Source of the DNA: Octopus vulgaris
Lineage: Eukaryota
Assembly: GCA_951406725.2 (NCBI GenBank)
Contig: OX597839.1
Location: forward strand, 5,084,001 to 5,148,000
DNA: 64,000 bases
Direction of reading: 5' to 3'
In this document: piece by piece, positions 13,979 through 27,210 of the stretch
How positions within the stretch are numbered: position 1 is the first letter of the stretch
How the letters are laid out: every line of letters starts with the position of its first letter
The notes under the pieces: generated by a model
Told to the model about the DNA's origin: nothing
Seen by the model: the letters and a program-made list of their open reading frames with translations, nothing else
The model's database searches: none
Position numbers and translations under genes: made by a program

Positions 13979-14330
13979 GACAAATAGGAAAAAATTCTAA
14001 CGATACAGAGAGCTTAAAAAGGCTTTATATTTTCTGGCAGAAATGCCTCTTTTCGGAATAGTCTAGACGAAAAAATGTGTGTCTACACGAAAACATTCAG
14101 GCAGGGTCCTTGGGGACGCATAATTCTTTGACTCTACCATTCTGAAGATAGGTATTTTCGTCCGAAATATATAGGTTGTTTCTGCGCTGTAGGCTTCTCA
14201 TTTTATATATTTTTCTACGTCTGTACTACAGTGCTTCAAGCGAATTACGATACTCTTCATACAATCGCATACACACACACACTAACGCGTGTGCCCACAC
14301 TCAAGACATATATGCATGTATATGCATATA

Positions 14331-14794
14331 GAAGCTGGCTACCCGCATGGTTCTTGGTCTCAAGCATTTGTCTTATGAAGAAAGGCTGAAGACGCTCGAT
14401 CTTTATTCTCTAGAAAAACGACGACGCTGTGGTGATCTCATTCTCGCTCACAACATCATAAGCGGAAAGTGTAACCTCTCGAAAGAGCTGTTCTTCACTC
14501 CTGCTCCAGAGCGTCGGCTGTGGGGTCACTCCGAAAAGCTCTATCTGCGACGATTTCATCTCAATCGAAGGAGAGGAGCTTTCTCCGTCCGGGTTGCGGA
14601 TCCGTGAAATAAGCTGCCGGACAAGATAGTGAAGATGCCGACGACCGCTCGGTTCAAAGTCTCTCTTGACCAGAAATGGCCTGAACTCTTTGCATGAACA
14701 CCCGCCCTGTACATAACTCCATGTCCCCCTATATGGCCTTGCTTTTTGCTTTTTGAGCCAAAAAAATTAACTTAACTTAACTTAACTTAACTTA
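14331..14794 (+). mobile_element. CR1-group LINE 3' fragment
   Basis: ORF 14347-14607 LKHLSYEERLKTLDLYSLEKRR..GDLI...GH..KL...FSVRV..*NKLP is a typical CR1 ORF2 C-terminus; (TTAAC)n tail at 14767-14794. Confidence 0.88.
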
Positions 14795-15024
14795 ATTTTT
14801 ACACACATAATCAGGCAGACAGACAGACAGACAGACACAGACATACACACACAAACCACGAAATACCATATCTGTATTTCTTGCGAACTTTTGTGTAAGT
14901 TTCGTGTCTTAGCTTTTTTGTATACATTATTTTTAACAAAATACTTCTTGAAAAAGATCTCTCCCAGACTGCAGTTATGCGCATTTCACAGCGCATAAAT
15001 TTATTATGTAATGATTATAATATT

Positions 15025-15064
<40 letters not shown>

Positions 15065-15464
15065 TGTGTGTGGATCAGATGTGTGGAATGGGCGTAGAAT
15101 TACTTTTCATAAAGTCACAAAGTTTTCAAAACATACGCTATTGTTATTTGGTCACAGATGTGCGACAAAAATTTTTCACATGTCATAAAATTTCTTTAAT
15201 TTTGGGACGAATTTAATAGCTTTGAATATCAGTGAATGGGTCTTCAAAATTTACTTGCGTTGATATCTCTCTCTCTCTCTCTCTCTCAAAATTTCTCTCC
15301 CTTTCTGCTCCTCTCTCCCGCTATATTCACACACACATATATATATTCATACTTATGCAACCAGAACTTGATATATAAGTGCTCATGTATTTATCTCTAT
15401 CTCTTTCTGACTACTCTTTCTTTCTCACTCTCTCACTCTCTCTTCCTATATATTTACAGACAGA

Positions 15465-15479
15465 TAGATATATAGATAA

Positions 15480-15523
<44 letters not shown>

Positions 15524-15620
15524 GTAACTAGATAGATAGATATATAGATAGGTAACTAGATAGATAGATAGATAGATAGATAGGTAACTAGATAGATAGA
15601 TAGATAGATTGATAGGTAAC

Positions 15621-15651
<31 letters not shown>

Positions 15652-15680
15652 TTGGGTAACTAGATAGATATATAGATACA
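15465..15680. repeat. (TAGA)n with periodic GGTAAC interruptions
   Basis: Read directly from the sequence. Confidence 0.9.
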
Positions 15681-16571
15681 TAGATACATACATGCATACA
15701 TACATACATGCATACATTCATACATGGGTATTTAGTGTGCTTAATAGTCGAATCGTATAAATACATAATTTTGTCAGTAACCTGATATTATTTCACAGAT
15801 AAAATATGTATAAAATCTGTATGACGTCATGCAATCTATTTGCCTAAGACTCACACGTACGAAACTGTGTGTGTGTGAGTGTATATACGTATACATACAG
15901 ATAAATATACACACATATAGAAATGCAAGACCGTATACGTACGTAGGTAGACATATGCGTGCATATATATATTGGCCTGTAACTACCCATATTCATATCC
16001 ATATGCATATAACTATGCGTATATCTACATCTATATCTATATATGCACATAGATATATAGATGGATGTACGTATATTTGCATAGTGATATAAGCGTATAT
16101 ATCTTAGGATAAATTTTATGTAATACCCTAAAAAAAAATAGAAACAAAGGCCTTCTGATGTTTTTAAGCGTAAGGACGCAGTTTGTATGTGCTCGTTATA
16201 TTTCTTATCTATTTTAAGCTTAAAATATTGTGATGTTAACGATCTAGGGCTGGGAAAGGATTTTAAAATGAAGAAAGAAGATATCGTGCATAGGTGAAAG
16301 GAAAGGGGAGATAAGTAGAGACAGAGAGAAAAAGAGAAGGAATGTCGGGGGGGGAGGCGAAAGAGAATAGGAATAAGGTTGATGGGGGTGGCTTGGTTGG
16401 GTTGAGTCGGAGTGTGAATCGCTTAGAGGGTAAATCTTAATGTGCTCATAGCAAAAGAAGTCGGGAAGATGAAAGGGAGAGATGTGTGTGTTTGTAAATA
16501 TGCATGTTATAGGTAGATATATATATATGTATATAGATAAATATAGATTAATATATATACATGTACATATA

Positions 16572-16602
<31 letters not shown>

Positions 16603-16676
16603 ATACACGCCTATATATATATATATTCATGTATGTATATTTAAGCGCATAGGCAATCATTTATCTTGTACTCAAA

Positions 16677-16737
<61 letters not shown>

Positions 16738-16797
16738 GTGTGCATATAAGATATTTATATATCATATACATATTTAAATGCACATATCTAATATATA

Positions 16798-16842
<45 letters not shown>

Positions 16843-17163
16843 TACATATTAAAATATATGTGTTTGTGTGTGTATATGTGTCTGTGTGTGTGTGTATGCG
16901 ACTATATAAAGTGTGTGTTTTCGTGTACAGCTATACTTAAAGTTATCTGCATCTGTGAGGCATTGCGAATTTTCATATAAAATGTGAAAAATGTAGATAC
17001 AAAGAGGAAGAACAAGTAATACAATGTCTACCGTCAGATTAATTGATAGATAAATGATTACACGTTTCCCTCTGTCTACATATTTATCAACATAACGATG
17101 TATCTACGCATGTACTTATGTAAGTATACTTCTGACTACGTTTAGGCTATTTATTCCGTTCAT

Positions 17164-17217
<54 letters not shown>

Positions 17218-17759
17218 AATATATATATATATGTATGTATGTATATGTAGATATGTATATATATATACATAGATATACATATATATATACATAGAGATAT
17301 ATATGCATATATATGTATATATATATGTATATATATATACATACACACACACACACACACACACATATATGTATGAATGTATATATATATATATATATAT
17401 ATCCATGATATGTAATCGTGTATGTTGGCAAGTCTCCCTCCCTCCCGAATTCCATAAATTTATGCCTAGTATGTAGCTAGGCTTCCATATGTGTAAGGAC
17501 CCGTTTCTCAATATGCATCTTTCTATCTATCTATCTATCTGCATGTATGCACATACACACACACACACACACACACGGACACGGACACAGAAATATATGT
17601 ATAACACGTGACCGGCCAGTCTATCAGATTATGTTACACACCACTGATCACAATGCACTTAGCATTGTTTTAGCCTTCAAATGACGACCCCCATCCCCGG
17701 CTGACGAGCGGGCCAAAATCTTCCACTGATCAAAAGGGAGTCTGCATGAGAATATTACC

Positions 17760-19283
17760 ATAGTGAGCGCAGGGGTCGATGATGTTATACAATATAGTGA
17801 TTGTTAATTTCAAATCTGTTGTTTATCTGTCTATGAGGATTGCCTCTTAATTCTTAAATTTTCTAAATTTTTGTCATTCACCTCAATTGTGACTGTTATG
17901 TTTTTGTCGATGTTCCAGCATCTGTCAAGATGTTTTCTGAAGGAGCAAGCTCGTGTGTTTAGATGTTCTTTGATGCGAATGTGTAAGGGGTCTTGTGCTA
18001 TCCACATAGAAATTCTTGCATTTGTTACATTGTATTCTATACTCAACATTTACCCGTTGGCATAAATCTGTGTCACGAATGGGGTAGTTACTTAGTGGGC
18101 ATTCATTGCTGTACCTTGCTCGATTCTTTGCTAGGTGTCATCTCAAAGAGGGGCCGGATTGCGCTAGTTGTATGTCTAGTCCTTCTCTTAGTGGCTCTTT
18201 GGATGGCGGTAGTTATCCTCTCGCTAAAATGGGGTATTTTAAGGAAGCATGTATTGCTGGGTCTTCTGTGTTTGGTGTGTTTGTCGTCTGTTACTTAAGC
18301 TGATTCACAATACCTCTGGGAAACGTGTGATGTGGGTCGCTTTGCCCACTGTCCTGCTGCACTTGCTCTTGATGCGTATAAGTTCATTTCTAGCGTATCC
18401 TATTTTGGCACCGAGTACAAGGGCTGAATTGTAGTGAACAAACATATCTCTACAGGCTGATTTCCTGTAGAACTCGGTGTGAATCTCTCCTTCTCCCATT
18501 ATTTTCAGTTGGAAGTCGAGCAGCGATAGGGATCCAGTGTTGTCGGGATGTTCTATAGTGAACTGTATGTTCATGTCCATGTTGTTGAATGTCGTGAATA
18601 TTATGTCAGCCTCTTCACGAGAGGATGTGACTTTGAGGATGTTATCTACGTACCTGGAGAAGAAGGCGCATGATTGGCGGATGTTGAGTGCTTGACGTTC
18701 CCGATGGTTCATATAGGTGATGGCCAATAGACTCGAGAGACGGGATCCAATGGGGACACCTGTTGTCTGCTTGTAGGTGTGATCATGGAAAGAGAGGTAG
18801 GTGTTGTCCACGATGATGGACAATAGTTGATGCATATCAGCTGCGGTGAGTTCGAAGCAGTGGATATCGGACGCTACCATGCCGTCAGTCAATAGGTTGA
18901 TCGCTGAGTGTGCTGGTACCGTTGTGTACTTTGAGACAACGTCAAGACTAAAGGTATAGCTGTTTTGCCTGGGTTGGTCTGGGGGCAGTTGGCGGATTCT
19001 TTTGATGACTTCGTGGGAGTTCTTGACGTGTCCAGGAAAGGTGGAGAGCACGGGTTTCAGATATTTTATATGGAGGCCTCTCAACACTTGAGACGATGAG
19101 TCTAATCTGGATCGTGTCGCTATCCTTGTGTGTCTTAATGAGGTGGCAGAATCTGGGTTATCTATTTTTCTTTGTGATGAAGTTGGTCTTGTATTTGTTA
19201 TGTAGTTGTCTCCGTCTACAAATGTCAGTCCAGCTGTAAATTCTGTCTTCAAGCCTGGTCGCGGTCGTATCTGTCACTTCAGA
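17760..19283 (-). mobile_element. Decayed Penelope-like retroelement (RT + GIY-YIG endonuclease)
   Basis: ORF 18305-19252 has SLDVVSKYTTVP, YKQTTGVPIGSRLS, RYVDNI (YVDD mutated), IQFTIE, LSLLDF and FYRK; downstream ORF 17831-18049 has LHIRIKEH, a GIY-YIG-type RxKEH motif; frames are broken. Confidence 0.9.
18305..19252 (-). pseudogene. Penelope-type reverse transcriptase fragment
   Basis: RT motifs as above; catalytic YVDD reads YVDN; premature stop at 18305. Confidence 0.85.
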
Positions 19284-20194
19284 TGTATGTATGTATGTAT
19301 GTATGTATGTATGTACATAGTCCTGTCTTCGAAAAGTCATATGACGTATTCAATGGAGAAGAGAGTATCCTGACCGTCTTACCTGCATGTCACATGACCC
19401 TAATATATGAACGTAGACCAATCAATCTGAACGCTCTCGGATAGCGTTCTTAGGCATATTTTTTCTTAACAAACAACAACAACGACTTGACAGAACACAA
19501 TTTACGATACAGCTCCATACAACATAGCCTTTTGAAAATCAAATGTGAAAGCGGCCATGTGAATTTATATAAATTCATATCTAAATAAATTATAATATAT
19601 TCTCTCTGCATTTTCATCTTCTGTTCTTCTGGGCTACCAGTTGTTTGGATAAATACTGAGTTATGCTATATAATCTCTAATGGTTTGAATTGACTCAGTG
19701 ACAGTGGATTATTTTCGTGTACTCATTACAAGATAAAAATGAAAAATTCATTTGTTTTTTAATAAATATTTCAAAGAACGTTTCGGTCCCTGATTTTCAA
19801 CGGGTGAGATATTAAAAACATTTTCGTGTATCTATTCAGAATATTATTACCAGCTACTAATCTGGTCATAAGTAAAAATTATTAACTAATATTTTTATAG
19901 TTATTAATAAACAAGAAAGTGAAATTGCATAAAAAATTAGCTTTAGTAAACATCATTAGGGATCTTAGTCCTTTTCTAATATTTTGTAATATATCGACAA
20001 AGGAAATTAATTGAAGCCAACAAATAAGTATAAATTCTGACATTATCTATCGAAAGATCTATCGTGGCTCTATCGATACTTATAATTAGATTAGTGGTTG
20101 GTCTCGACTTTCTATGTGAATATATGATTTTAAGAAAGGCTTAATGACACTTGAATATATCGCTATCGGCGATATATGTATGTGTATGTGTGTG

Positions 20195-20226
<32 letters not shown>

Positions 20227-20441
20227 TATAATATGTATATATATATAATATAATATATAATATATATAAGATATATATAAGATATATATACATATAATAT
20301 ATATAATATATATAATATATAATATATACATATAATATATATAATATATGATATATATAATATATAATATATATATATATACTCTCTTTTCTCTATTTTA
20401 CTTGTTTCAGTCATTTGACTGTGGCCATGCTGGAGCACTAC

Positions 20442-20488
<47 letters not shown>

Positions 20489-20691
20489 TAAGCAACAAGT
20501 ATATCTTAGGTAATTTCGTACAATCGTTTCATTCTACTTCATTTTATTAATTACGGAGATGTACTCGCATAGCAAGTGATTTGATCTGAGATCGTGTGCT
20601 GGAACGAAAAGAATTGCAGCGTGGAAGGTGTTTGTAAGCCATTTAAGAAACACACAAAAGCCGTTCGATTCACTTCAACATTTAAGTTTAA

Positions 20692-20741
20692 TTTGTCAAA
20701 ATATTTTCGTCGCTATAATCCGCGACCTGTTCACTGACAAA
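20692..20741 (-). ncRNA. Hammerhead ribozyme variant (G3-C8 core), minus-strand copy
   Basis: Reverse complement: TTTGTCA-GTGAACA-G-GTCGC-GGATTATA-GCGAC-GAAA-ATAT-TT-TGACAAA. Confidence 0.65.
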
Positions 20742-20760
20742 AATCCATGCTGCACGGATT

Positions 20761-20810
20761 TTTGTCAGTGAACAGGTCGCAGATTTTAGCGACGAAAATA
20801 TTTTGACAAA
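20761..20810 (+). ncRNA. Hammerhead ribozyme variant (G3-C8 core), plus-strand copy
   Basis: TTTGTCA-GTGAACA-G-GTCGC-AGATTTTA-GCGAC-GAAA-ATAT-TT-TGACAAA; 7-bp stem I, 5-bp stem II; predicted cleavage after 20803. Confidence 0.65.
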
Positions 20811-21023
20811 TTAAACTTAAATGTTGAAGTGGATCGAACGGCTTTTGTGTGTTTCTTAAATGGCTTACAAACACCTTCCACGCTGCAATTGTTTTCATTT
20901 TATTAAACATTGTTAATATTACATCAGTTTTAAAATGTTGAGCAATCTTCAGCCATTTATACTGTTGGCAAACGAAATGGAAATAAGAATATGTATTGTC
21001 CGTTTGAAGGAAGACTTCTATAA

Positions 21024-21109
21024 ATGGCTGAAGATTGCTCAACATTTTAAAACTGATGTAATACTTACAATGTTTAATAAAATGAAGTAGCATGAAACGA
21101 TTGTAGCAA
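21024..21109 (+). ncRNA. Degenerate H1 hammerhead
   Basis: ATGG-CTGAAGA-TTGCT-(long loop)-AGCAT-GAAAC-GATT-GTA-GCAA; core intact, stems partly decayed. Confidence 0.55.
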
Positions 21110-21217
21110 ATTACCTAAGATATACTTGTTGCTTATTTTGATTATAATCACCCCATGGATTTATATGGATAATACCATACAAAATTCTGGTGCCTCTGAC
21201 TTAAGTACCATATTTAT

Positions 21218-21264
<47 letters not shown>

Positions 21265-21275
21265 TGTGTGAGAGT

Positions 21276-21567
21276 GATTGCACTAGAAAGTTACCCTTCG
21301 AAGCCTAAGTCCGGGCAAACTTGTCCGATAAGACCATCAATCGCCCATGCATACCAGCCGCCCCTCTCCACGCAACCAATGTTATCCAAGGGAAAGCAAA
21401 GACCGATACCATTTGGCACCAGTGACGTCGCAACCCGTTTCTACTGCTGAGTGAACTGGAGCAACATGAAATAAAGTACCTTGCTCAACAACACAACACA
21501 CGGTCCGGTCCGGGAATCGAACTCACAACCGCGCGATTGCGATCCCGACGGTCGAACCACTGAGCCT
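21276..21567 (-). mobile_element. tRNA-derived SINE, family D (V-domain-like core)
   Basis: Minus strand GGCTCAGTGGTT..GTGAGTTCGATTCCC..TTGAGCAAGGTACTTTATTTCA; the 3' half is shared with 61107-61324. Confidence 0.7.
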
Positions 21568-22119
21568 TACTCATAAGGTAAGGATTGTTCCGAGCCTATA
21601 GTAAAACCCACCGCGCGATGAGATTGAACACACGACAATGCGGTTGCCAAGTAAAACCTCTTAACCGCACAGCAAAGTTTGCACCAATATTTTTATATAT
21701 TTTGAAAAATTCAATTTCAGTTTTCTTATTTATTTATTTTTTGTCTGCCCTAAATTATTTGCTCGTAAAAATCATATATAATTTATATTTAAAATCTTAA
21801 CCGCTAATGTACTTCTTGTAATTATGCAGACGCATACATTCAAGTTTTCAAGACTTTACCATTCTTGCTTACAACACTTTTAATTCTTCTATTTCATTGT
21901 TGTTTCTGTGTTTCGAACCCTGCTACGATGCTAAGTAATGCAGAGAAAATTTAATGAATGTTTATTGGCGCTATAATTTAACGTTTGATTTTTTCCTAAT
22001 TCCTTTCATCCAATAGACCGGAAGTTGATGGCTATTAACAAAATTGACAATTCTCAAATAGGCTAAATTTCCGGTATGCTGTTTTGTATAGATATTGCTA
22101 TTTTTTGTGTGCTATCTCG

Positions 22120-22167
<48 letters not shown>

Positions 22168-22179
22168 TGTATATATATA

Positions 22180-22212
<33 letters not shown>

Positions 22213-22845
22213 GTTTGTATATATATGTATATGTTTGTATATATATATATACATATATACACACAAACATATACATATATATATGTGTATATGTTTGTGT
22301 GTATATATGTGTGTATGTATGTATATATATATATACGCATGTTTTATATATACACATATATATACACAAATACACGTATACATATATAAAGGTATATATA
22401 CGCATGCACACACGTGTGTATATATGTTTGTATATATATATATACATATATATGTATATATATATATTGTCTTTGCATATGAGGGCATATAATAATTGCA
22501 TTTAGTTATTGTCATCGTTGTCATCATCGTCACTTTCTTCATCACCTTCATGATCATCGTCATGGTGTAGTAGTAGTAGTAGTAGTAGTAGTAGCAGCAG
22601 TAGTAGTAGTTGCTTCTGTTGTTGATTTTGTTATTTTTTGTCGTACTTTGTAATCTTATTTTATTGTTCTTCGAAATTTATTTTCACAAAATTTTCAGGA
22701 AGTACGTCTGCTGCTCCCTGCTTTTATTCCTCTCCAGTCTCGAATTCATCCTGTCCCCTTTTTTCCCTTCATATTACTCTTATTCTTGTACTACATTTGA
22801 TTCTTCATTTCATACTACTGCCAGGTCGGCTGCTGCTGCTGCCAA

Positions 22846-22904
<59 letters not shown>

Positions 22905-23096
22905 ATGCAACCAATACCACCACAACCACCACTATTACTGCTACTAACGTAATAGCCGCCACCACTAACACTACGACCACAACTATCACCATCACCGACT
23001 CCTCCAACACTAACATCTTCAACATAACTACTATTACTACAACTAGTACTACAACTACTACTACTGCTACTACTGCTGCTGCTGCTACTACTACTT

Positions 23097-23142
<46 letters not shown>

Positions 23143-23724
23143 AATAACAATTTTTTAATTTTGGTATTTTCTCCCCACTCGTAATTTCCTCTTTCCTCTC
23201 TTACTCGACTTTTCTTTTCTCCATCTCCTTATCACCGGAACCCCCTGCTGCTAGCATCCCCGCCACTAACTCATCCCGTCTTTATCCCCAACCGAGATCT
23301 TTTTCGTCTCTTCCTCCTACTTTTTCTGTTCATCATCGTTATTATTCATTTGGATATCATCCTCATAAATAAATTTAAATACCACTCCAACATCAACAAC
23401 AACAACAATAGGTACAAGGCCTGAAATTTTCGTAAGGGCTAGAGAGATTCCGCTAAACCTTTTGGCTAATTCGATTATGATTTTACTCATTCAGAATAAA
23501 ATTCTCCCTGATTTTGGTACAAAACCAGCTGTTTTGAGGGGAGCAGCGGGAGAGGTTCATTAATTCGATCTCACTACTTGACATTTACTTTATTTCATGA
23601 GCATCCAAAAGGATGTAAGTCAAATGTGACCTCGGTGGACTTAGGACGAAAAGAGCCAAATTAAATGCTGCTAAATATTGTATTCGGTGCGTTCCTGATT
23701 CTGCCAGCTCGTCACCTTACACTT

Positions 23725-24138
23725 TCTCTGTTTTACTCTTTTACTTGTTTCAGTCATTTGACTGCGGCCTTGCTGGAGCACCGCCTTTAGTCGGTCGAGC
23801 AAATCGACTCCCAGGACTTATTCTTTGTAAGCCCAGTACTTATTCTATCGGTCTCTTTTGCCGAGCCGCTAAGTTACGGGGACGCAAACACACTAGCATC
23901 GGTTGTCAAGCGATGTTGGGGGGGGTGTGACAAACACAGACATATACACACACATACACATATATGCATATATACGACGGGCTTCTTTCAGTTTCCGTCT
24001 ACCAAACACAGTCACAAGGCTTTGGTCGACCCGAGGCTATAGTAGAAGACACTTGCCCAAGGTGCCACGCAGTGGGACTGAACCCGGAACCGTGCGGTTC
24101 GTAAGCAAGCTACTTACCACACAGCCACTCCTACGCCT
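23725..24138 (-). mobile_element. SINE family C (CORE-like, internal microsatellite), full length
   Basis: Reverse complement of 58284-58700. Confidence 0.88.
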
Positions 24139-24517
24139 AGTGTAACAGAAAAATACAAAGTGAAAAGCAAGATGATCGACGCTGAAATAAATTTCATTGT
24201 AACTTTTACCGACCAGGTTTGTCCTTGGGCGAACGTCAAATCACCATTAACGAACGTTGATTTCGATGTAACTATTTGGAAAAACGAAAGATTACAAAGC
24301 AACAATAATTACATCAACGCTCCACTCAACTCATTTAGCTTAGAAAATGAATGCTCTTTCATAATAGTTTCGCATGTTTTACGTATGTAGCTTCCATTGT
24401 ACAATCGTATTCGTTCAAAGTTAAAAGTGTTACATGTTACACTACTTTTCCGCTTCTCTCATTCACCCATGCAAAATAAACGTATAAACATTTACGAGCG
24501 CAGACACATACACACAG

Positions 24518-24562
<45 letters not shown>

Positions 24563-24730
24563 CACACTCACACACACACCCAAATACACAAGCGCACATA
24601 GATGTGCACGTAACTACAAGGAGCGAGTGTCTTTCTCATTTGGTTGTTTTTGTTCTCTTTCCTATCAAATAATACATGTTATGTGTTCTTTATAAACAAC
24701 GTAACTTCCTCTTGCTCTATGCATGTGTGC

Positions 24731-24785
<55 letters not shown>

Positions 24786-24864
24786 ATAAAAAATCACGAC
24801 CGAGAAATGCCAAAAACACGACAGAACTACTCGCAGAAATATCTAGTAAGTTGTAACATTCTGA

Positions 24865-24908
24865 TTTTGTCCAGATGAGTTCGATAAACGAACGAAAGAG
24901 CTAATAAA
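24865..24908 (+). ncRNA. Degenerate minimal hammerhead (U4A)
   Basis: CAGATGA-GTTCG-ATAAA-CGAAC-GAAA-GAGC-TA; perfect stem II, imperfect stem I; lies just after a (TA)n run. Confidence 0.45.
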
Positions 24909-25255
24909 TAATTATACAAAATTCTGACTGCCTTTTTGTCAATATACACAATCTGTAACATCTTTAAACACCTCTCTGTCTCTCTCTCTCTCTCTGTATA
25001 TATATATATATATATATATATAATAATAATAATTATTATTATTTGAGGGAATATAAATCCAAACTTACAGGGAAAAAATTCAATTTAGAAATACTAAATC
25101 AAATTTCACAGTATATAATATATATATAAAAAATTAGAAAAAGACCAATTAAATTACACCATCTAGAAAATTACATATAGAAATATTAAAATTAAAATAA
25201 CAATAAAATGTCAATGATTAAGTAAATTGCAAAATAATTGCAAAAAATAATAAAA

Positions 25256-25318
<63 letters not shown>

Positions 25319-25973
25319 CCATCTGCCAAAATATTAGGACGTTCTTAATGAATGTCTTAATATTTTCGCAGATGGCTGGTATGTAATTGTACATTTGTTT
25401 CCATGTACTGTGTATTGTGTGTAAAAAAACATCCTGAAACGGTCTGTAGATGAAAAATTTCGTAATTATTGTGTTTTTGTATTTTTCTGTATTTTTTTGA
25501 GGAATTTTAATACGTTATTTTAGTATGTCCTTTTTATGTTTTATTATCCCAAATTTTTAATTTACCAATATTTTATATCTTTAAGCGTTAATTCTCAGTG
25601 TTTTTTACGTAACACCGATTCTTATATATTTATATATATTATATGATTTTTTATCTATTTAGATATATTATTATATTCATATATGTCGGATTTTATATCC
25701 GGTCTGTGGATATAAATGAATATATGTATGTATTTGATCTTTGTGTGTGTATCTTAGTAATGCTCCTTTAGTTCCTGCTCGTATTGCCTCTGCTCAGATT
25801 AAGAAGTGGAATGTAGCTCATTTGGAGTACTACAACTCCAGTCTGTATTGCTAATACTAGCTATTTCAAGATATGACTGTGTATTTTGTATTTTATACAA
25901 ATATATAAATATGCGTGTCTGCATGTGTATATATGTATGCACGTGTGTATGTATATTCTTACTTAAATGTGTG

Positions 25974-26004
<31 letters not shown>

Positions 26005-26141
26005 TTGTGTATATGTATGTGTGTGTGTGTATATATATATATATACATGCATACACACACATATATATATATATTTACACACATGTATATATATATATAT
26101 ATACATACACACACACATATATATATATTTACACACATGTA

Positions 26142-26183
<42 letters not shown>

Positions 26184-26214
26184 TGCACACATATATATAT
26201 ATATATTTACACAC

Positions 26215-26250
<36 letters not shown>

Positions 26251-26260
26251 ACACATACAT

Positions 26261-26291
<31 letters not shown>

Positions 26292-26334
26292 AATAAATAA
26301 ATATATATATATATATATATATTTTACACACATG

Positions 26335-26376
<42 letters not shown>

Positions 26377-26948
26377 CATACACTAGACACTAAAACAGTT
26401 TTGGTTATATATCATTCACCAGTTTGTATTTTTTAATTTAAGTTTGTCACTCGGTATGTTTCTGCTCTGCAAATCTTTTGTTTTAAAATGAGGTTTATGA
26501 ATTTGAGAAATATTGTAACTCTTCAAACAATATACATTGTGCTTCCTCTATTATTAGTCTTCTTATCAAAATCTTTACAGAAACAATGGTGATTTCGCTT
26601 CGATTACAGAGCCAGTGGTTATATTTGAAATTAACGGAAGAATACAACGGAACTGTTCCATTGAATATCCTCCTATCTGTTGTCATCATAGATATATCAG
26701 TGTAATACCAAGTCATTTATAATTGTGTTGGTATCGTTATAGAAGCCCGACATTCGTGGTTCGCATTGTTCCAATTGTATGAACATACGCCTAAGTATAT
26801 GCGTCTGTGCGCGTGTGTTGTGTGTGTGTGGGCGTATGCGTGTGTGTGTGGGGGGGGGAGGTGCGTGTGTGTGTTTAATATGTATTAGCGTATACATGTA
26901 TGTGTATCAGATATTGGTGTACGTACTAATATATATACAGTACGTACA

Positions 26949-26997
<49 letters not shown>

Positions 26998-27167
26998 GTT
27001 TAAGACGTCTGCATGTGTATTCTATGTTTATGCGTGTATATTTGTGTGTTTATGCGTGTATACATGTAGGTATGTATGTACACACACACATACACGCACA
27101 CACATATATTGACATATATACACACACACACTCTCTCTTTGCCACAGATACATACACATACGCACAC

Positions 27168-27210
<43 letters not shown>

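Larger units (their letters stand above)
20551..20893. mobile_element. Nested fold-back element, family H2, carrying two G3-C8 hammerheads
   Basis: Arms about 20612-20746 and 20756-20890 with a 9-nt loop and a one-sided 60-bp tail; 13-bp TSD TTCATTTTATTAA at 20538-20550 and 20894-20906. Confidence 0.8.
20482..21222. mobile_element. Fold-back HHR element, family H1, with a nested insertion
   Basis: Left arm 20482-20550 plus 20894-20960 is inverted to 21021-21143; H1 tail runs to 21222; (TA)n on both sides. Confidence 0.8.

Noticed and set aside
19389-19424. GTCACATGAC E-box plus CCAAT as a promoter
   Set aside because: No associated gene or CpG-rich context; short motifs expected by chance.
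24160-24390. 76-aa complex ORF as a possible exon
   Set aside because: No recognisable domain or convincing splice-site pair.
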